DNA from: a virus
Lineage: Duplodnaviria > Caudoviricetes
Virus record (IMG/VR): IMGVR_UViG_2974621456_000001
Coordinates: 4,870 to 68,869 of that record
Reading direction: 5' to 3' (one strand)
Length of the DNA stretch: 64,000 bases
Shown here piece by piece: positions 10,301-19,293 of this stretch (position 1 is the first letter of the stretch; each line of letters opens with the position of its first letter). A program made the translations under genes and the position numbers. The notes below the pieces were generated by a model. The model was given only the letters and a program-made list of their open reading frames with translations, had not been told where the DNA came from and did not search any database.

Positions 10301-12811
10301 GGCGAAAACATGGGCACGGCTTTTGCTCATGGCATTTTGCAGAGTGACGAAGAAATCAAGCGTGCCTTGCTCCAATTGGCAACAATGGCAGGCGATTATC
10401 TTGGAAACTCACCCGCCAAGTATGGACCCCTTGCCGGTAAGGGATGGACTCTTGAACGAGGTAAAACGTTCACAAAGGCTTGGGCACAAGGCATTTCGTC
10501 GCAAGCTGGTGTAGCCAAGAGCGCAACAGCTGGAATGGTTCAGTCGTCGGTCATGCCGTTCGATGATCAGTTTGCCCAATTCGTAAAGGACATGCAGGAA
10601 TTCAGCGATTTCGGCAAGCACATTCTCGACTTCGTTTCGCAAATTGGTGACATTGCTTTCAGCTCTTTGACTTTGGCCAACGATCTTAGTGGTGGCAGGC
10701 TCTTCCCGAAATCATACGTAAACGATCCTGACGCAAAAAAGCAGGGCGGGCGACTTCCCGCGTGGAATCCCCAAGGGACACAAGGCAAACCGTCCACTGG
10801 TGGACAGAAAGGCGCAGCACCAGGGGCGTTGCCGCCAAACGCTAATCAGCAACAAATCGCTGATTACATCACCAAAAAGGCTATGTCCCTTGGGTATTCG
10901 CGCAAGCAAGCCGATGACTTTGTGATCCAAGCGTTTGGTGAAAGTCATTTGGACCCAACAGCTTCCAACCCTGCCGGTTGGGAGGGCATCTTTCAGTTTG
11001 ACAAGCCTACTTGGCAATCTGCCGGTGGTGGCGATATGCACGATGCCCAAAAGAACATTGACAACTACTTCAACCTGGCCAGTCAACGTGGTCTTACTCC
11101 CGAAAACTTCACTGCCGGTTCACAATTGGGAACTCAAGTTTCAATCGGTGGACCTTGGCATCCTGAAAATGCTGCAAAGGGTCATCTTGATGCAGCTAAA
11201 AAGGGAGCACAGAAATACATTGACGGTTATGCCGAAAGTGTTGTTACCGCAACGCAAGACGCTGCCGTTAGTGCTGCCGCGCAAGCTGTTCAAAACCCCG
11301 GTTCGTATGGCATTCCAGACGTAGCTGTTGGAAAGAACACGGACGTTGTGGTCCCCTACGGCGGGCAAGGTTTCCCTTCGTGGGTCTATGACGTTGCGAA
11401 TGCTTTTGGTATTGAAGCAAGTACGTACTTGGGCCATCAAACAAACGGTGCCAATGGCAAGATTGCCTCTGGTCCTGTTGCTCCAAACCCACAAGGTCTA
11501 AATCGTGGAATTGATTGGCGCCCAAAGGGTTTGGCTGTTAACAGCAAAGAGGGTGCTGCACGCCTTGATGCTTTCGCCAAATTCTTGCAGGGTTCGGGAA
11601 TGGCAGAGCAAGTAATCTGGCAAAACCCGGTCAGTGGTGAAAAGTTCGGATATCCGTTCAATGCAGACTTTTCGCAGAATTACCCTGGTCACCAGGACCA
11701 CCTTCACTCCCGTTTCTCTGCCCCCGTCGCACTGCCCCCTGGCTTCGCCGCTGACGGACAAACTCGCACGGCAGGCACCAACACTCCTGTCCCCGTTACC
11801 ATTTCGCCTACGGGGCAACAGGGCACCATACCTGTTGAGCCTACGGGAGCCTTTACCCAAGGTTTCGGCCTTGGTCTTCCAGATGCTCTAAATCAATTGG
11901 CGCAGAACGATTCTCAATTTGCGCAAGCGGTATTGGCTTCACGTGGTGTTGGTGGTGGATTCACTCAAGACCAAGTGGTTCCGCTTCTGCAACACCTTGA
12001 TTCGATGATTGCGGACCAAAACAACCTAAACACACCAACTTCCAAGCAAACGGTTTCTGCGCTTGACACGATCCGTGGTGGCCTGATGAGCAACTACGGA
12101 CTCAAAGAGGGCGAAAGTCCTTTGGACACAGCACAAACCGTGGCCAATGGTGTTTCGTCCATCGCATCAGATGTTTTCGGAGTCTTTGACTCAACGCTGA
12201 AATCCATTGAGAGCGCTAAGAATATCGGCGATACGTTGGTTCGTGGCATTGGCAACACAGAGGACATTTACAACATCGTTGACAACGTTCAGAGCTTCAT
12301 TGAGCTTGGATCAAAGATTGCCCAAACCGTAAGTGACGTAGCAGGTTTCGCTTCATCGCTAGTTGGTGCGGCTGGATCGGGAGACCCTTCGGGCGGGTCA
12401 TCTGGTGTTGCAATGGCTTTGGGTGCAATCTCTGGTATCTCTGGAATCGTTTCGCAAGCCTTGAGCGCGGTTAATGCTGGTATCGATCTAGCCCAAGAGG
12501 GTTACCGCTTGGTCACGAAATATGTTGGTAGGGCACTAACTTCGTGGCTTGGATTCCCTGGTGCAAGCGATATGAAATTCTTGCTTGATGAAGTGACCGG
12601 ACAGCTACAGGCATACACTTCCGAAAACCCGCAAATGAAGCACACTTTCAACACTCTTGGTCGAGAGTTGGGTGGTAGTTACGGAACTCGTGTTGGTGCT
12701 CAAAACTCGTTCTACATCTATCAGGGACCAGGCCAAGACCCAAGGGACACAATGACGGACGCAATGTTTGCAGTGAAATCTTCGGGACAGGGAGCCTTGG
12801 GATATGGTTAA
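7319..12811 (+). CDS. tape measure protein with putative lytic transglycosylase and peptidase-like domains
   Basis: 1830 aa, Ala/Gly-rich helical; tape-measure-type N-terminal domain; GES...GIFQF motif near 10.9 kb; GID...H.DHLH motif near 11.5-11.7 kb. Confidence 0.95.
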   Translation: MSMIDIGTATGKVRIEYESAGAAKVTKEFESIKKQSQGSVSSFATWAEKIGMNSGALKQYNDIQKQVNEATKAAKTFEQNLANVRQRSNSTFKQNFNANMLQIASQKSLADIKKIAAQAEKELPMALAQAGSKSASEFSKTFERQGILGVQKSSSKIGQIAGSAMGVALKGGALAAAGVAAAAVAGVGYTLTQGFSRLERIDSANFKLKALGHSGKEVQTIMKSANEAVDKTAYSLDSAATIAAQAVAAGIKPGKQLTQYISNVADSAAIANVSLDQMGGIFNGIVATNRVYIGDLSALGNLGIPIIQALAKEYGVTEAKLSDMVTKGEVDSAHFLSAINNNFSGAAKKMGESISGAAANMKTAIARLGANFLAPLFGQVGSGDQGNAIALAIAKIQQGIDGLSNFLKSHQKGLIDFWAGIGKAALIVGRVILDVASFISDAVVKITEVFGDVVGWGAQAAAAIADTFGGDGVAKNIREFADNMHNLGTGLRENRDKNLPKFFQKLDDGWAAINNWSDATKKAADETADMGDDAGSAAPKVQTFTEALEALGVTVDATRKGIEGSNEDFEEFLKTLADKKAPQDLIDTVKNLRKSFDESGRGAKQFADAVQKLSDKTVSADDKANSLIEALRTLGVIPAGSALEDYNKTLGEITDAQANLVDVLDATGGALINQNGEINTSTKNGQSLFETIEKAQKALFTLAASGEANPQETWQRTHDGLLLVLNDFGIFGDQAEELIKKYLSDPHDFEVVYGAKNYGPVQQQMESLFLQVEAAKKNGDNKIEFGLNIDQANAEDLKKQVEDLGGIWKQYDPITGTAIVDIPSNVDITAKREAYEKIWNKDPAKLDSELNVTTKANDIVNEVTGGPGNSLHIPTVLDVQNPEVVPGGKPGPANDAAPQGPPLFQGPGLDPKTGKPYPLPPGPFNPKSQTPSDALVPDDLGGLLGGDGSYTLSEDQKKQLIDLANNKDALNKALSENPAIAEQLQGLVDQANAQGENMGTAFAHGILQSDEEIKRALLQLATMAGDYLGNSPAKYGPLAGKGWTLERGKTFTKAWAQGISSQAGVAKSATAGMVQSSVMPFDDQFAQFVKDMQEFSDFGKHILDFVSQIGDIAFSSLTLANDLSGGRLFPKSYVNDPDAKKQGGRLPAWNPQGTQGKPSTGGQKGAAPGALPPNANQQQIADYITKKAMSLGYSRKQADDFVIQAFGESHLDPTASNPAGWEGIFQFDKPTWQSAGGGDMHDAQKNIDNYFNLASQRGLTPENFTAGSQLGTQVSIGGPWHPENAAKGHLDAAKKGAQKYIDGYAESVVTATQDAAVSAAAQAVQNPGSYGIPDVAVGKNTDVVVPYGGQGFPSWVYDVANAFGIEASTYLGHQTNGANGKIASGPVAPNPQGLNRGIDWRPKGLAVNSKEGAARLDAFAKFLQGSGMAEQVIWQNPVSGEKFGYPFNADFSQNYPGHQDHLHSRFSAPVALPPGFAADGQTRTAGTNTPVPVTISPTGQQGTIPVEPTGAFTQGFGLGLPDALNQLAQNDSQFAQAVLASRGVGGGFTQDQVVPLLQHLDSMIADQNNLNTPTSKQTVSALDTIRGGLMSNYGLKEGESPLDTAQTVANGVSSIASDVFGVFDSTLKSIESAKNIGDTLVRGIGNTEDIYNIVDNVQSFIELGSKIAQTVSDVAGFASSLVGAAGSGDPSGGSSGVAMALGAISGISGIVSQALSAVNAGIDLAQEGYRLVTKYVGRALTSWLGFPGASDMKFLLDEVTGQLQAYTSENPQMKHTFNTLGRELGGSYGTRVGAQNSFYIYQGPGQDPRDTMTDAMFAVKSSGQGALGYG

Positions 12812-14378
12812 TAAAAACCTTGAACCTGGTCAGTATCAGTTGGGAGACTTCGTTTTTGGCTTTGGAACTCTGTTCACGGTCGAAAATTTTGACCCAATGG
12901 GTTATGACGTCAATGTTCAGGATTACCAATCTCAGTTGTCGAGTGAGATTCGTTTCGGGTCAGACTCGTTGAAGCCCTTGCCAATTCAGATCGAACTCAA
13001 TGCCTTTACCAACAAGTTGATGGGCAATATTGCTTCGTTGGTCGGAGACACTAGAGAGCTGAATTTTGAAAACGATAGGCAGATAGGGCAATTCACGCGG
13101 GAGTGGAGAGCCGATGAGATTAGGGACAAGTGGGGAGAGCTGAAACCTCTTCTAATTTGCCGTAAATCAGATGGTCGGGTCGTTCAGGCTTTTGGTCGTC
13201 CTGGCAAGCTTGCAGTCAGTAAGCCTGACCATGAAGGTATGCGCAAAGTCGTCGGAGAGTTTCGACGTTCAGATACGTTGTACTACAACGATTTTGAATG
13301 GTTCCTACAGGTTCGTGCTGGTGAAGTTGCAACGGTCTATCGTCCCTATGCAATGAAGATGGGGGATGGAGATAGTTGGTTGCGCTTCATCCTTGTTGGA
13401 CCGATGAAAAACCCGATTATCCAATTAGGTTCCATCACAATCAATTTGGATCATGAGCTTGAGGCAGGCGAAGTAGTCGAAATCAGTTCGTACCCCTGGG
13501 CAAGGCGGGCCATCCGGCTTAACGATGGACTTTCGTTGAACGCCAAGGTAACTCAACCGTACCTAGAGAAATTGAACTTCCCACCTAACACGCCTATTCA
13601 AGTCTCTTGGAATGCAACGGACACCAACACTCAAGTTGAAGAGGTTGACTTTTCAGACGAGACCAACACGTCAGATGGTCTGAACTTAACTGATTGGACT
13701 GCCACCAATTACGTTGGGACAGATGGCCATTGGGAAATCTTCAACGGTGTCATTCGTTGGGTTGATTCTGGCAACGGAAACCGTTTGGCCACAAGCATTT
13801 ACAAGTCTCCTACCATCACGCCTTACCAAAAGGTTGGGATGACTTTGGCTACTCCCGCCGAAGGTTCGTTGCTTGGTTCAGAAGAGTGCTCTAATCGAAT
13901 CATTGGACGTAGCAACGCAACCGGGACCGAGTACCTGTATTGGGATATCACCTATACCCGTTGTTGGTTTGGCCATCACAAAGATGGCGTTGATACCATC
14001 TTGAGTGAAATCTATTCTCTCAGAGACACAATGGACATTATTGCCCAAATGATCAGCGCAGCCTTTGCCCCGATTTTCGGTTACGGGGTGCCACAAAACG
14101 ATTGGGTTTACGATGCCGAATTCGGTACTGGCGCAGGAGAACTCACGTCCACACTCAAGATCAACGACCATCAAGCCGTGACCTTTGAAGGCGTGTCTGA
14201 CCTGGTGCTACCTAGCACGAACCTCTACACTGGGACCGGAATGCGTTCCACCACAAGGGCTTTGGGCCAATCAACACCAGGATCAGTATCGGAGTGGCAC
14301 ATGAGGGACAATTCGCCAGTCCCCCAAGACATTTCGGCTGTTTATATGTTCTGGCGTGACGCTTGGCAGAACATATGA
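12804..14378 (+). CDS. minor tail protein (distal tail, Dit-like, with insertion)
   Basis: First gene after tape measure; ends in WRDAW; central ~230-aa beta-rich insertion. Confidence 0.75.
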   Translation: MVNKNLEPGQYQLGDFVFGFGTLFTVENFDPMGYDVNVQDYQSQLSSEIRFGSDSLKPLPIQIELNAFTNKLMGNIASLVGDTRELNFENDRQIGQFTREWRADEIRDKWGELKPLLICRKSDGRVVQAFGRPGKLAVSKPDHEGMRKVVGEFRRSDTLYYNDFEWFLQVRAGEVATVYRPYAMKMGDGDSWLRFILVGPMKNPIIQLGSITINLDHELEAGEVVEISSYPWARRAIRLNDGLSLNAKVTQPYLEKLNFPPNTPIQVSWNATDTNTQVEEVDFSDETNTSDGLNLTDWTATNYVGTDGHWEIFNGVIRWVDSGNGNRLATSIYKSPTITPYQKVGMTLATPAEGSLLGSEECSNRIIGRSNATGTEYLYWDITYTRCWFGHHKDGVDTILSEIYSLRDTMDIIAQMISAAFAPIFGYGVPQNDWVYDAEFGTGAGELTSTLKINDHQAVTFEGVSDLVLPSTNLYTGTGMRSTTRALGQSTPGSVSEWHMRDNSPVPQDISAVYMFWRDAWQNI

Positions 14379-15553
14379 GTTACGACGGAAAGTTTCGATT
14401 TGTGGTCGAAGATGTGCATGGCAACATCTTGACCAGAGACGCCATTGTTCAAGGCGCACAAGTGGTTAGGCAACTTTCTGGTCCATGTCAGATTGAGTTT
14501 GCGGTTCATCCAAAAGAGCCAAGCATTCAGTTGCCGGATGGCTCTGGACCCATTCAGTTCAAGCCTTGGGGTCACTGGATTCATGCGGTCAGAGATGGCC
14601 TTGATGGCAACGAAATCGTTTGGGCCAGTGGACTTATGCAACCATCTGACATTGACCCGCAAACGGGTATCTTGCAGCTCAAGGCAGAGGGATTCAGCAA
14701 CTATCCCAAAGGCATTCCGTGGCTACAGAATTGGAACCCGATTGCTGTTGACCCGTTTGAAATCGTCACGCGCATATGGACTCACATTCAGGCGCAAGAG
14801 AACGGTAACCTTGGGGTTACGGTTTACCCCACTTCCAGTGGTACACAGATGCTTCCGGGCTTTTCGTTCAACAATGAGCAACTGATTCAGGATTTCTTTG
14901 CCATCTTCATCAGATCAGTTGACCGCAACGATTGCGGCGATTACATCGCAAAGTTGGCTAGGGACATACCTTTTGACTACCTCGAAGAGTGTTCATGGAA
15001 CGAGGGTCGAACCGGCATTACAAAGAAGATTCACCTTGGATACCCGAAAGTTGGTGTCTACCAAGACGATTTGACGTTTCGGTTGGGTGAGAACGTAAAC
15101 GCTTGCACGCCAAAGCAAGAGAGCGAAATTGAGTGGACTTCTGGCTTCACCTATAAGGGGTATTTTCCTGGCAAGGAATACTATGCCAGTTTTGAAAATG
15201 CCGACCCTGACCGCTACCGGCGGGTTATGGACGAAGAAGACCTGAACATTGACTCAAACGAACGTGCAAAGGCTTGGGCCAGAAGAAAACTCACCCGCCG
15301 ACAAGTACCGCACTATTTCGAGTCAATCGTCATTGACCCGTACCACCCCAATGCTCCATTTGGTTCTTTCGACGTTGGCGATTCGATTCGGGTTCAGGGA
15401 CCAATGCCTTGGGTTGGTGACGTTGATCAAGAGCACAAGGTAATGATGCACATCTGGGATGAAACCAAAGGTGTTGTGGAGCTTAAGCTTATGGCCGAAG
15501 GTGCCTTTAACTATGACCCGATTGAGTACATTCCTCCCGGTGGTACACCATGA
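14375..15553 (+). CDS. minor tail protein (baseplate hub-like)
   Basis: ATG at 14375 in ATGA overlap; second gene after tape measure; 392 aa. Confidence 0.75.
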   Translation: MSYDGKFRFVVEDVHGNILTRDAIVQGAQVVRQLSGPCQIEFAVHPKEPSIQLPDGSGPIQFKPWGHWIHAVRDGLDGNEIVWASGLMQPSDIDPQTGILQLKAEGFSNYPKGIPWLQNWNPIAVDPFEIVTRIWTHIQAQENGNLGVTVYPTSSGTQMLPGFSFNNEQLIQDFFAIFIRSVDRNDCGDYIAKLARDIPFDYLEECSWNEGRTGITKKIHLGYPKVGVYQDDLTFRLGENVNACTPKQESEIEWTSGFTYKGYFPGKEYYASFENADPDRYRRVMDEEDLNIDSNERAKAWARRKLTRRQVPHYFESIVIDPYHPNAPFGSFDVGDSIRVQGPMPWVGDVDQEHKVMMHIWDETKGVVELKLMAEGAFNYDPIEYIPPGGTP

Positions 15554-18500
15554 CTAGTTTTCTGAGTATTGGTGGTGGTGGCCAAGGTGGCTCTGTTGAG
15601 TCAAGGGCATTGCGCGGAATCGATTCTCGCACAAAGAGTTTCGCCAACAAGGATTTCGTCAAGAACATTGCGTGGCTTAATCAATCGGTCGATACGTTGT
15701 CTGCCTACACTCAGAAGCTCCAAAAGGGTGTTGATAGCGCGAATCAGAATGCCATTGAACAGATTATGGGCTTTGCCGCCGATCTGTTTGTGCTCTTCGG
15801 TGGTGGTGAACCAACCGGTATTGACATTGGAGACCTTAAGTACGTAATCCAAGGTATTGGTGCTCTTTTGGGCATCAATCCCGCAACACCGTTCCCGCTC
15901 AACCTCTTTGATGCAGCGTGGAACATGTTCTCGAATTACGTTGTCCCGCTTGAACAATTCACTGATGTCATCTTTGATGCAATCTTGGCTTGGGCCGAAG
16001 ACTTTGGTTTGTCACCAGAGTTGATCGATAGCTTGCAAGACCTCAAAGATGCCATAGAGGCTTTGGGCACAACGTTTTCCGATTTCTTCAATTCGATTCA
16101 CGATCTGCTAGAGGTCTTCGGTACTAACTTCCCAGTGCTGGGAGAGTTCTGGGATGCTCTCGTGGATTTGCTTACAGGCATTGACTTTTCGGGTCTCAAG
16201 CCGGTCATTGCTATGTTGGCTGATCTTGGCATTCCCTTCATTCGAGCACTTACCGCAATCGTCAACGCGGGCACGGCTTTTCTAAATCCGTTCTCGATGA
16301 TCAGTGCCGGACAGATTGCCACGCTTAGCGATAACGTCTTGCCACCGGTCAGTAACAACACCACGATTTGGACTGTTGGCATTGACTCAACTAACACTTG
16401 GGTCTATGACGAACCAACGGATTCCTTTACCACCTTGGGCACTGGTGTTGCGAAAAGCGTTGTCACGCAAAGAAGTTCACCATGTAACCCTGGTCAGAAG
16501 TTTGTTGTTTCATCAAAGCTTCGTTGGTCCGGTATCCCTAGTGCCGCCAATGACTTTGGCTTTCAACTGATTTGGTACTTGGGAAACACAGAGGTTTCAC
16601 GCAACACGGTCAACATTGCTTCTGGTCACGGATCGTCAAGTCCCGGAACAGCTTTCGTTCAGTTGGCCAATGCGACGATTACTGTTCCTGCCAACGTAGA
16701 CAACTTCAAGGTTGCCGCATACAACGGTACCGGTATCAATACCGGTCAGGTTTGGATCAGGGACATTAGCGTTCGCATCTCCGGAAGTATGGGGATGGGT
16801 CTAGTTGATGGCCTACTTGATTCTCTCGCAAACCTGTTGCCGTTCAGCTTCTTTGACGACCTGCTAGGGATACCGGGAGCGAACCCGTCACAGATTTTCA
16901 CGTGGTTCACGAAGCTTCTCAATGATCTATCCCCATTGAATGCTTTGAATGTTGTTGGGACACTTCTTAGTTCGGTCATTCCAGGGCTGGACGCTAGCAA
17001 GATTACCAGCGGGTCAGTAGACAAGCTTCGGTTGCCTGACATCACTAGGGATATGTCTAGTGATCTTCAAAGTGCAATAGATGCAGCACTTAACGGATTG
17101 AAGGGAACGACAGGGGTAACCGGTCAGTCTCCACTTGATTGGGAATCTGTATTTAACTATCTCCCAACAAAATTGGCTAATGTGTTCGGCGGCAACAACT
17201 TTGGATCAGCGTCTCAAGAAAAGGTCAACGAAGCGCTGATTAAGATTGCCGACACGATCAATAAGCAGGGCATTGCCATCAGCACGTTGCAAAACATGCT
17301 TGAGGGAGCTAACGGATTCTCTGACTCTCATACGTTCCGACCAACTGAGACAAGCACTTTCACGACACAGGTTTTGGGTTCTTATCCCTATACGTTGCCA
17401 TCATGGTTTGTTCTGGGAACCGATTGGCTTGATGTGGTTTTGGCCGGTGGTGGTGGTGGTGGCGACGGAACCGGTGACGTTGTTACACAGGGTGAAGGTG
17501 TCCAAGGTTCTCCATCAAGGGTTACCGTCAATGGCGTAGATCATTATGCGGCAGCGGGTTCCGGTGGGGATTACGGACTTTGGACCGGGCAAGCTCTTGC
17601 TGACCTTATGTACCTTGACATCATTTATCAGGGTGCAACGTCAGGTCAGCAACCGGGAGCCGGTGGTAATGCTGGCAACGCTTCTCCCGCTGGTGATCGT
17701 CAAGGCGGTAAGGCTGGAAGTTGGGACTATTTCAGCGTAATCCCAACTAGCGCAACGATTAACTTCTCTGTTGGCCAGGGTGGCGCTGGTGGCAATGCTG
17801 GCTTCTTTGGCTTCGCTGGTAAAAAGGGTGGGGATGGCATAGTCCACATTCGGGCCAGAAAGGCTATGCCGTCAAAGTTTACGTCAATGGGAACATTGAT
17901 TCTCCCGACGTACAAATTGAATACTGGTGTCGCACTTACGGATTCGATGACCGCAGCGGCATCATGGGTTAGGAATCCACCAAACGGAGCATCCGGTGGC
18001 CATATCCTAATCATCCGTGCTGATTCCGGTTTCCAGAACTACGTCTACCTTCGTGTGTGGTATGCAGGTGGAACTACGAATTATGAAGTGGGACGGGTTA
18101 ATTCGGGAACTGCAACTGTGTTCCCCGGCATGAGTGGGACTCTCCTAGAGGCAATCCCCTTCAATGCGTTCTCTCTGACTTCCGATGACGCATATACCTT
18201 TACGGTTGCAATCAATGGCGCTGGCTTTGCCTCATACAACGACACGGCACATAATTCGTTGAAGGGCAACCTTTATCGTAACGGTGGTTGGGGGTCGTCA
18301 GATTCAGCTCTACCAGGGTCGATTTCGCAATTTGCGTTCCTTGATACCGGTACCCCGGCAAGGATCACAAGCAATGTCATCGCAACGTCACAGACAACCT
18401 CAAGCACGTCATACGCAAACCTTTCTACGGTTGGTCCATCTGTTACCCTGAATGTTCCATCGAGTGGTGAAGTGCGAGTTGACTTTTCGGCATTTCTTAA

Positions 18501-18756
18501 CCACAGTGCCGCTGGCCAAACTAGCTATGTCAGCCTTGTAATGTCAGGCTCAAATACGTTGGCTGCCAATGACTCTAATGCTGCATTGATGCGACAGATG
18601 GCAATCTCGGCCGGTATAGCGATTGGAACCATTGGGCGATCTTTGCACTTGAAGAACTTGACCCCTGGCACTACTACATTTTCGTTGCAGTACAAGACAA
18701 CTGCCGCAACGGCAACGTTCGCAGATCGATCACTAATTGTCACGCCAATGCCATAG
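15550..18756 (+). CDS. large minor tail / receptor-binding protein
   Basis: 1068 aa; Gly-rich GGGG/GAGG repeats; a carbohydrate-binding-like central segment; typical actinophage minor tail layout. Confidence 0.8.
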   Translation: MTSFLSIGGGGQGGSVESRALRGIDSRTKSFANKDFVKNIAWLNQSVDTLSAYTQKLQKGVDSANQNAIEQIMGFAADLFVLFGGGEPTGIDIGDLKYVIQGIGALLGINPATPFPLNLFDAAWNMFSNYVVPLEQFTDVIFDAILAWAEDFGLSPELIDSLQDLKDAIEALGTTFSDFFNSIHDLLEVFGTNFPVLGEFWDALVDLLTGIDFSGLKPVIAMLADLGIPFIRALTAIVNAGTAFLNPFSMISAGQIATLSDNVLPPVSNNTTIWTVGIDSTNTWVYDEPTDSFTTLGTGVAKSVVTQRSSPCNPGQKFVVSSKLRWSGIPSAANDFGFQLIWYLGNTEVSRNTVNIASGHGSSSPGTAFVQLANATITVPANVDNFKVAAYNGTGINTGQVWIRDISVRISGSMGMGLVDGLLDSLANLLPFSFFDDLLGIPGANPSQIFTWFTKLLNDLSPLNALNVVGTLLSSVIPGLDASKITSGSVDKLRLPDITRDMSSDLQSAIDAALNGLKGTTGVTGQSPLDWESVFNYLPTKLANVFGGNNFGSASQEKVNEALIKIADTINKQGIAISTLQNMLEGANGFSDSHTFRPTETSTFTTQVLGSYPYTLPSWFVLGTDWLDVVLAGGGGGGDGTGDVVTQGEGVQGSPSRVTVNGVDHYAAAGSGGDYGLWTGQALADLMYLDIIYQGATSGQQPGAGGNAGNASPAGDRQGGKAGSWDYFSVIPTSATINFSVGQGGAGGNAGFFGFAGKKGGDGIVHIRARKAMPSKFTSMGTLILPTYKLNTGVALTDSMTAAASWVRNPPNGASGGHILIIRADSGFQNYVYLRVWYAGGTTNYEVGRVNSGTATVFPGMSGTLLEAIPFNAFSLTSDDAYTFTVAINGAGFASYNDTAHNSLKGNLYRNGGWGSSDSALPGSISQFAFLDTGTPARITSNVIATSQTTSSTSYANLSTVGPSVTLNVPSSGEVRVDFSAFLNHSAAGQTSYVSLVMSGSNTLAANDSNAALMRQMAISAGIAIGTIGRSLHLKNLTPGTTTFSLQYKTTAATATFADRSLIVTPMP

Positions 18757-18765
18757 GAGAACCAA

Positions 18766-19101
18766 ATGTCTTTAACACCAGCGGAACCCATCGCATACCC
18801 CACGTATGACACCATGCTTTTTGATGGAACCATCACGGGCGCAGCGGATTTGATCTATGCACTTGATGCTGGCCTTGCTCAAAAAATGCTGATTAGAGCC
18901 GAAGTTATTGGGACTCAAGAGGGTGACAGTCCACAGGCTTGGAAGGTCTCAATTCAACCGGGAGTCAACGGTATTCCCTATGGCCCGCCATTGAATATTG
19001 ATGGTGGGGCATGGGTTGTCGTTGCATCAAGTGGGATTAACCGTATTCGTGTCCTAAATCAGGCTGAATACAACGCAGAGTTCAAACCCAAGGCACAGTA
19101 A
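18766..19101 (+). CDS. hypothetical tail-region protein
   Basis: 111 aa, TAGGAGA RBS. Confidence 0.6.
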   Translation: MSLTPAEPIAYPTYDTMLFDGTITGAADLIYALDAGLAQKMLIRAEVIGTQEGDSPQAWKVSIQPGVNGIPYGPPLNIDGGAWVVVASSGINRIRVLNQAEYNAEFKPKAQ

Positions 19102-19113
19102 AGGAATTGATCG

Positions 19114-19293
19114 ATGGAACCACTACCAGAGGTATTACAGAACAACATTGAGGGGTCGAACCTCTTTGGTGCCGTTGCCGTCAAGCAATCTGAAAACCGT
19201 TGGGCTTACACCCATCCCGAACTTGGGGGAGGTTGGGCCACTCTGATTCAAGTGCAAGGGTGGACCCCGATGCAGTTAGTGAGTGAGACATGA
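19114..19293 (+). CDS. small hypothetical protein (59 aa, below ORF-track cutoff)
   Basis: AAAGGA RBS; ATG at 19114; TGA overlaps the lysA ATG (ATGA). Confidence 0.55.
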   Translation: MEPLPEVLQNNIEGSNLFGAVAVKQSENRWAYTHPELGGGWATLIQVQGWTPMQLVSET

